A stretch of DNA of 64,000 bases, from the NCBI GenBank assembly GCA_964521295.1, contig CAZFRF010000001.1, positions 206,146 to 270,145 of the forward strand, read 5' to 3'. Source of the stretch: an uncultured Gammaproteobacteria bacterium (GTDB lineage Bacteria; Patescibacteriota; Microgenomatia; Levybacterales; UBA12049). Each line of letters starts with the position of its first letter. Positions within the stretch are counted from its first letter, which is position 1. Both the position numbers and the translations under genes were made by a program. This document shows positions 58,722 through 64,000 of this stretch, piece by piece. The notes beneath the pieces were generated by a model. It saw nothing but the letters and a program-made list of their open reading frames with translations, had not been told where the DNA came from and searched no databases.

Positions 58722-59467
58722 AAAAAAGCTTAACAATTGGATGGTTATATCCAACCCTAATGAACATTTACGGAGATCGAGGCAATATTACAACTCTAGC
58801 AAATAGATGTAAATGGCAAGACATAGACGTAGAAATTAAGTATCTCGATCCTGGTTTTAGCAAAAATGATTTAGATAGTTGTGATTTTCTAGTTATGGGA
58901 GGTGCTCAAGATAGTCAGCAAACAATCGTAAATAAGGATTTAATAACTAAAAAGGATTTACTAAAGACAAAAATTGAATCAGGCACTCCTGGCTTATATG
59001 TTTGCGGCGGATTTCAATTTTTAGGCAAATATTATAAAGAAGCTGATGGCACCAAAATTGATGGTTTGGGTATTTTTGATTTATATACAGAAAACCCAGG
59101 CCAACAAACTCAAAGACTCATTGGCAATATGGCTTTTAAGTTCTCTGAACTTGATTATGTTTTAATTGGTTTTGAAAACCATGGTGGCAGAACTCATTTA
59201 GGCAAAGACATTGAACCTTTTGGAACGATTATCGCTGGTTTTGGTAACAACGGAGAGGATCAAACTGAAGGAGCTAGGTATAAAAATAGTTTTGGCACAT
59301 ATGCTCATGGACCTTTACTCCCTAAAAACCCTAAATTTGCAGATTATTTAATCAAACTTGCCTTGGAGCAAAAATATAGAACACAAATTGAATTACAAGA
59401 ATTAGATGATAACATTGAAAATAAGGCAAGAATGGCAATTGCCAATAAGCTCAACATTGCCATATAA
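58718..59467 (+). CDS. gatD: GatD-type glutamine amidotransferase
   Basis: MNIYGDRGN, VCGGFQ, GFENHGG, HGPLLPKNP. Confidence 0.9.
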   Translation: MKKSLTIGWLYPTLMNIYGDRGNITTLANRCKWQDIDVEIKYLDPGFSKNDLDSCDFLVMGGAQDSQQTIVNKDLITKKDLLKTKIESGTPGLYVCGGFQFLGKYYKEADGTKIDGLGIFDLYTENPGQQTQRLIGNMAFKFSELDYVLIGFENHGGRTHLGKDIEPFGTIIAGFGNNGEDQTEGARYKNSFGTYAHGPLLPKNPKFADYLIKLALEQKYRTQIELQELDDNIENKARMAIANKLNIAI

Positions 59468-59474
59468 TAGCTTC

Positions 59475-59759
59475 ATGAAAGTAAACATTAAAACAGTTGC
59501 AAAACTTGCAAATCTACACCTAACTTCAGAGGAGGAAGAAAAATTTGCAAAACAATTAGAAGAAACCGCTACTTATGTTGAAGAACTAGAAGAAGTTGAC
59601 ACTAAAGACGTTGAAGCAACAAGTCAGGTTACGGGTTTGGAGAATGTATTAAGGGAAGATATTGCAAAACCCTCATTGTCTCAAGAGGATGCACTTAAAA
59701 ACGCCAAGGAAACACATAATGGTTTTTTCAAAGTGAAAGGAATTTTGCAAAATGAATAA
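59475..59759 (+). CDS. gatC: Asp/Glu-tRNA amidotransferase subunit C
   Basis: VAKLANL, NVLRED, FFKVK. Confidence 0.92.
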   Translation: MKVNIKTVAKLANLHLTSEEEEKFAKQLEETATYVEELEEVDTKDVEATSQVTGLENVLREDIAKPSLSQEDALKNAKETHNGFFKVKGILQNE

Positions 59760-60393
59760 ATTAACAACCATCTATGTAGTTAGGCATGGACAATCTCAAT
59801 TTAATATTGGCGAATCAGATAAGCCAAATACTCCCCTAACTGCCTTAGGCAGAGAACAGGCGGAAAAATTAGCCGAAGAATTAAAAGACATTCAATTTGA
59901 CGCAATTTTCTCGTCTACTCTTTTACGCACAAAAGAGACAGCGGAAATTTTAAAACTTGAAAGAAAATTAGCAATTGAAACTAAAGAGGCAATAGTTGAA
60001 AGAAGCTCATACCATTACACAGAAAGAATTGGTAGAGATGAAAAAGAAGTTTTAGATGAAATTAAAAGAGATTTAGCTAAATTAGATGAATTACAAAAAA
60101 TGGAATATAAACACAGTCCAATAATGGAAAGCGCTAAGGAAGCTGCTGTAAGAACCATTAATTTTTTAAGAGAAGTTGCAATTGCCTACCCAGGAAAAAA
60201 TGTCTTAGTTGTTGTTCATGGAAACATAATGCGAAATGTCTTAACTGACCTTGGTGTAGCTAAATATGATCAATTACCACCTGGATCAATTCCAAATACA
60301 GGGTATTTTGTACTTGAAAGCGATGGCGTAGATTTTTTTGTTAAAGAGCTACACAATGTTAATATTCAAGAAGGAAAGGAAAGAGGTTGGTAA
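59752..60393 (+). CDS. Histidine phosphatase family protein
   Basis: YVVRHGQS, SSTLLRT, VVHG. Confidence 0.9.
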   Translation: MNKLTTIYVVRHGQSQFNIGESDKPNTPLTALGREQAEKLAEELKDIQFDAIFSSTLLRTKETAEILKLERKLAIETKEAIVERSSYHYTERIGRDEKEVLDEIKRDLAKLDELQKMEYKHSPIMESAKEAAVRTINFLREVAIAYPGKNVLVVVHGNIMRNVLTDLGVAKYDQLPPGSIPNTGYFVLESDGVDFFVKELHNVNIQEGKERGW

Positions 60394-61811
60394 TGTTACA
60401 TACGCTAACTATTCAGCAAGCAAAAAAAGGGCTTTTAAATAAAGACTTTAGTTCCGTTGATTTAACCCAAGCCTGTCTTGAGCAAATTAAAAAAACAGAA
60501 CCAATGCTTAACGCTTTCGTGACCATAACCGAAGAAGAAGCTTTGAAAAATGCACAGACAGCAGATGATTTAATTGCTGCCGGACAAGATTTACCGCTGT
60601 TAGGTATTCCACTTGCTGTTAAAGACAATTTTTCTACACTAGGTATTAAAACAACAGCTTCAGCAAAAATTCTAGATCATTATCTTCCACCCTTTGATTC
60701 AACTGTTATTCAAAAATTAAAAGCTGCAGGAATGGTACTTTTAGGAAAAACAAACATGGACGCATGGGCTCATGGATCATCAACTGAAACTTCAGATTAT
60801 GGAGCAACTAAGAACCCCTGGAATACTAATCACCTACCAGGAGGCTCTTCAGGAGGCTCTGCAGCCTCTGTTGCAGCTGATCAATGTATTGCCGCAATTG
60901 GATCGGAAACTGCTGGATCAATACGACAACCAGCTAGTTGGTGTGGAGTAGTTGGCCTAAAACCCACTTACGGCAGAGTAAGTAGATATGGTGTTGTAGC
61001 AATGGGCTCAAGCTTGGATTCCCCTGGTCCAATTACTAAAACCGTGGAAGACAGTGCATTAATCCTTGAAGTATTAGCGGGAATCGATCCAAATGACGCA
61101 ACAACTTCCCCAAAACCAGTTTTGGACTACACCAAACTTTTAGAGAAAGACATTAAAAATTTAAGAATTGGGATTTCAAATGAATACTTTATTAAAGGTC
61201 TAGATCCAGAAGTTGAAGCTGGTGTCAAAACTGCGCTTAAAAAACTAGAAGAAATGGGTGCAAAAATTGAAATTGTAAAACTTTTTGACCCTAAATATGC
61301 AATTGATGTCTACACAATTTTGCAAAGATCAGAAGTTTCTTCCAACTTAGCAAGATACGATGGAATTAGGTATGGAGAAAATAGAGATATTTTTGGACAA
61401 GAAGCCAAAAGAAGAATTATGTTTGGTACATATGCCCTCTCCAGTGGATACTATGATCAATATTACACTAAAGCTCAAAAAGTCAGAACTGTAATCGTAA
61501 ATGATTTTAATAAAGCATTTGAAAAAGTTGATGTCATTATTGCGCCTACTTCTCCATCTCTGGCTTTACCAATAGGATCTAGTAAAGATGCTGCAATGTT
61601 TGGAGAAATAGCTGATATCCTCGTGGAGCCATCTTCAATTGCTGGTCTCTCTGGAATTAATATTCCTGTTGGCTTTGCTAAGAATGGATTACCAATTGGC
61701 ATGCAAATAATTGGCCCCCAGTTTCAAGAGGAAGTTGTCTTAGCAGTAGCTAGTGAATATGAAAAACATACTCAGAATGAAGAATGGAGAAAGCTTAAGC
61801 CAAATCTATGA
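60393..61811 (+). CDS. gatA: Asp/Glu-tRNA amidotransferase subunit A
   Basis: AVKDN, GGSSGGSAA, GSIRQPAS amidase signature. Confidence 0.97.
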   Translation: MLHTLTIQQAKKGLLNKDFSSVDLTQACLEQIKKTEPMLNAFVTITEEEALKNAQTADDLIAAGQDLPLLGIPLAVKDNFSTLGIKTTASAKILDHYLPPFDSTVIQKLKAAGMVLLGKTNMDAWAHGSSTETSDYGATKNPWNTNHLPGGSSGGSAASVAADQCIAAIGSETAGSIRQPASWCGVVGLKPTYGRVSRYGVVAMGSSLDSPGPITKTVEDSALILEVLAGIDPNDATTSPKPVLDYTKLLEKDIKNLRIGISNEYFIKGLDPEVEAGVKTALKKLEEMGAKIEIVKLFDPKYAIDVYTILQRSEVSSNLARYDGIRYGENRDIFGQEAKRRIMFGTYALSSGYYDQYYTKAQKVRTVIVNDFNKAFEKVDVIIAPTSPSLALPIGSSKDAAMFGEIADILVEPSSIAGLSGINIPVGFAKNGLPIGMQIIGPQFQEEVVLAVASEYEKHTQNEEWRKLKPNL

Positions 61812-63121
61812 ACTATAAAACAATAATTGGACTTGAAGTTCATGTAGAACTTAAAACTAACAGTAAAATGTTTTGCTCATGTAGCGCAGATTATTTTGGT
61901 CAAAAACCAAATTCACAAACATGTCCTGTTTGCCTTGGTTTGCCTGGAGCATTGCCTATTCCAAATAAAAGAGCGATTGAAGGGTGCTTAATGATCGGTA
62001 TGGCTTTAAATTGCCAAACTCCCCTTGTCTCTAAATTTGATCGCAAAAACTATTTCTATCCCGATCTTTCCAAAGGCTACCAAATTTCTCAGTTTGATAA
62101 ACCATTTGCCGAAAATGGATACATCACGCTGCAAAGCGGTAAGAAAATTGGAATTAGACGTGTTCATATGGAAGAGGACACAGGCAAACTTATTCACGAA
62201 ACTATTGATGCTGAAAAAGTAAGTCTTATTGATTTTAACCGAAGCGGAGTTCCACTTGTTGAAATAGTTACCGAACCAGATTTTGAAACCGCTGAAGAAG
62301 TAAAAGAATACCTACAGAAACTCCAACAAATCGTCAGATACTTAGACGTCTCTAACGCAGATATGGAAAAAGGCAATATGCGCTTAGAACCAAATATATC
62401 TTTACAAAAAGAAGGAGAAAAAGAATTACCAAAGTATAAAGTTGAAGTAAAAAATATTAATTCTTTTAGCTTTGTTAGTAAAGCAATTGAATATGAAATA
62501 AAAAGACAAAAAGAAATCTTAGAAACCGGTAAGCTTCCTGCTCAAGAAACTCGAGGTTTTGTTGAAAAATCTTCATCAACTGTTTCTCAAAGATCTAAAG
62601 AAGACGCAATGGATTACCGATACTTCCCAGAGCCTGACATTCCTCCAATAAGGTGGACCCAAGAATATCTTGATTTATTAAAAACAAAACTTCCTGAGCT
62701 TCCAGATGACAAAATAACTAGATTTATCAAAGACTTTAATTTATCAGCCTATGATGCAGAAATTTTAACCAGGGAAATTGAACTAGCAGACTTCTTTACC
62801 GAAGCCGTAAAAGTAGCTGAAGACAAACTGACTCCCAAACAAATTGCTAATTATATGATTAATAAAAAAATAACTGGCAAAGATATAGTCCCCGCCCAAC
62901 TTATTCAAGAGATATTAGAAAATACTAAAACCGAAGAGATTGATACCAAAGAGCTTAAAAAAATTATCCAAGAGGTTTTAGCAAAACATCCCCAAATAAG
63001 AAGTGAATATGCTGCAGGTAAAGAAAATATCTTACAGTTTGCAGTAGGCCAAGTTATGTATATCTTAAAAAGAAAAATAGATATAAGATTATTATTAGAT
63101 CTAATTAAACAAGAATTATGA
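61808..63121 (+). CDS. gatB: Asp/Glu-tRNA amidotransferase subunit B
   Basis: GLEVHVEL, RKNYFYPDL, DYRYFPEPD. Confidence 0.97.
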   Translation: MNYKTIIGLEVHVELKTNSKMFCSCSADYFGQKPNSQTCPVCLGLPGALPIPNKRAIEGCLMIGMALNCQTPLVSKFDRKNYFYPDLSKGYQISQFDKPFAENGYITLQSGKKIGIRRVHMEEDTGKLIHETIDAEKVSLIDFNRSGVPLVEIVTEPDFETAEEVKEYLQKLQQIVRYLDVSNADMEKGNMRLEPNISLQKEGEKELPKYKVEVKNINSFSFVSKAIEYEIKRQKEILETGKLPAQETRGFVEKSSSTVSQRSKEDAMDYRYFPEPDIPPIRWTQEYLDLLKTKLPELPDDKITRFIKDFNLSAYDAEILTREIELADFFTEAVKVAEDKLTPKQIANYMINKKITGKDIVPAQLIQEILENTKTEEIDTKELKKIIQEVLAKHPQIRSEYAAGKENILQFAVGQVMYILKRKIDIRLLLDLIKQEL

Positions 63122-63891
63122 GTGATAAAGCGTTAGAAGGACTGCCTTCTTCTAGCTCTGTCCCTAAGGAGCTAAAACCCAGTTTTAAAACTGTCAGAAA
63201 AGTACATACCCAGTCTTTGCAGATTGCCAAAGATGCTTATCCCGAACATACAGGAATCTTTAGTAAATTTAGAAACCGCGGAATTACAGAAAAAAGAAGA
63301 AAACTAGCCCGAGAAATCACACTTCCTAATATTGTTACTGAGCTTAGACATCAAAAGAGAGAAGAAGACCTCGTCAGAGAAGGAGAAATTGACCCTTTAA
63401 CTCAAATTTACAATCGTAAAGGCTTTCTAAAAAGAGCAACCGAAGAACAAGCAAGACTTCATCGTGCTCAAGTAGAAAATCCCAACCAAGAAACTGTCGT
63501 TTTTTTCTTTGATGGAGATAATTTTAAACAAATTAATGATACCCAAGGGCACGATGCTGGAGATAAGGTTTTACAACAAATGGCACAAGTACTTAAAGAC
63601 TCCATTAGAGAAACAGATATTGTAGGTAGGCTGGGAGGAGATGAATTTGCAATCGTCATGCCAGGAATTTCACTTCAGGATTCAGTCGCCTACTGGACAA
63701 GATTAAATGCTCTACTTAAAGACAGAGGCATAAAAATGTCAGCAGGAGCTACGGTTTTACATACTAATGATTTATCGCTTAGTCTAAGAGAGGCAGACAC
63801 CGCTTTATATGATTCAAAGGACGCAAAAAAAGCCTCCGGAAATAACGAATTTAGTATATACTATGGTCAACCTTTAAGGGATAAAAAATAA
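63118..63891 (+). CDS. GGDEF diguanylate cyclase
   Basis: DPLT, DGDNFKQINDTQGH, RETD I-site, GRLGGDEF. Confidence 0.93.
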   Translation: MSDKALEGLPSSSSVPKELKPSFKTVRKVHTQSLQIAKDAYPEHTGIFSKFRNRGITEKRRKLAREITLPNIVTELRHQKREEDLVREGEIDPLTQIYNRKGFLKRATEEQARLHRAQVENPNQETVVFFFDGDNFKQINDTQGHDAGDKVLQQMAQVLKDSIRETDIVGRLGGDEFAIVMPGISLQDSVAYWTRLNALLKDRGIKMSAGATVLHTNDLSLSLREADTALYDSKDAKKASGNNEFSIYYGQPLRDKK

Positions 63892-63892
63892 T

Positions 63893-64000
63893 ATGGCAGA
63901 CTTTGTACACCTTCACAATCACAGTGAATTTTCTCTACTTGATGGACTCTCAAAAGCAAAAAATATGGTTGCAAGAGTCAAAGAACTTGGCATGAAAGCA
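63893..64000 (+). CDS. dnaE: DNA polymerase III alpha subunit (5' fragment)
   Basis: MADFVHLHNHSEFSLLDG PHP-domain start. Confidence 0.85.
   Translation, partial: MADFVHLHNHSEFSLLDGLSKAKNMVARVKELGMKA

Overview
AT-rich, gene-dense bacterial chromosome window. It most resembles a Patescibacteria/CPR genome, probably Microgenomates-like; this is inferred from gene content, trimmed uvrC/obg/holA and many ORFans. Most of the window is housekeeping: MacAB-type ABC exporter, rnhB, secG, uvrA/B/C, lexA, obgE, PMM-PGI/PMI-ppsA-eno, pyrG, rplS, polX, lemA-htpX, murT-gatD, gatCAB, the start of dnaE, and six tRNAs. The main feature is a ~6.7 kb integrative element at the 3' end of tRNA-Glu (24384-31124), bounded by a 9-bp direct repeat GGTACTAAA. 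It carries a large serine recombinase, a small coupled ORF, an XRE regulator, two membrane/exported genes and a two-gene defence operon: a catalytically inactive long prokaryotic Argonaute followed by a stand-alone Sir2-family protein. The attachment site lies inside the recombinase gene. When integrated, the enzyme's C-terminus is read antisense through the whole tRNA; in-silico excision fuses it in frame to a different 30-aa tail at the far end of the element. The pAgo-Sir2 cassette is flanked by palindromic TGTAAT-N-ATTACA direct repeats. Just outside the element is a tandem pair of divergent SelO-like kinase-fold genes. All calls come from manual motif reading; no database searches were run.
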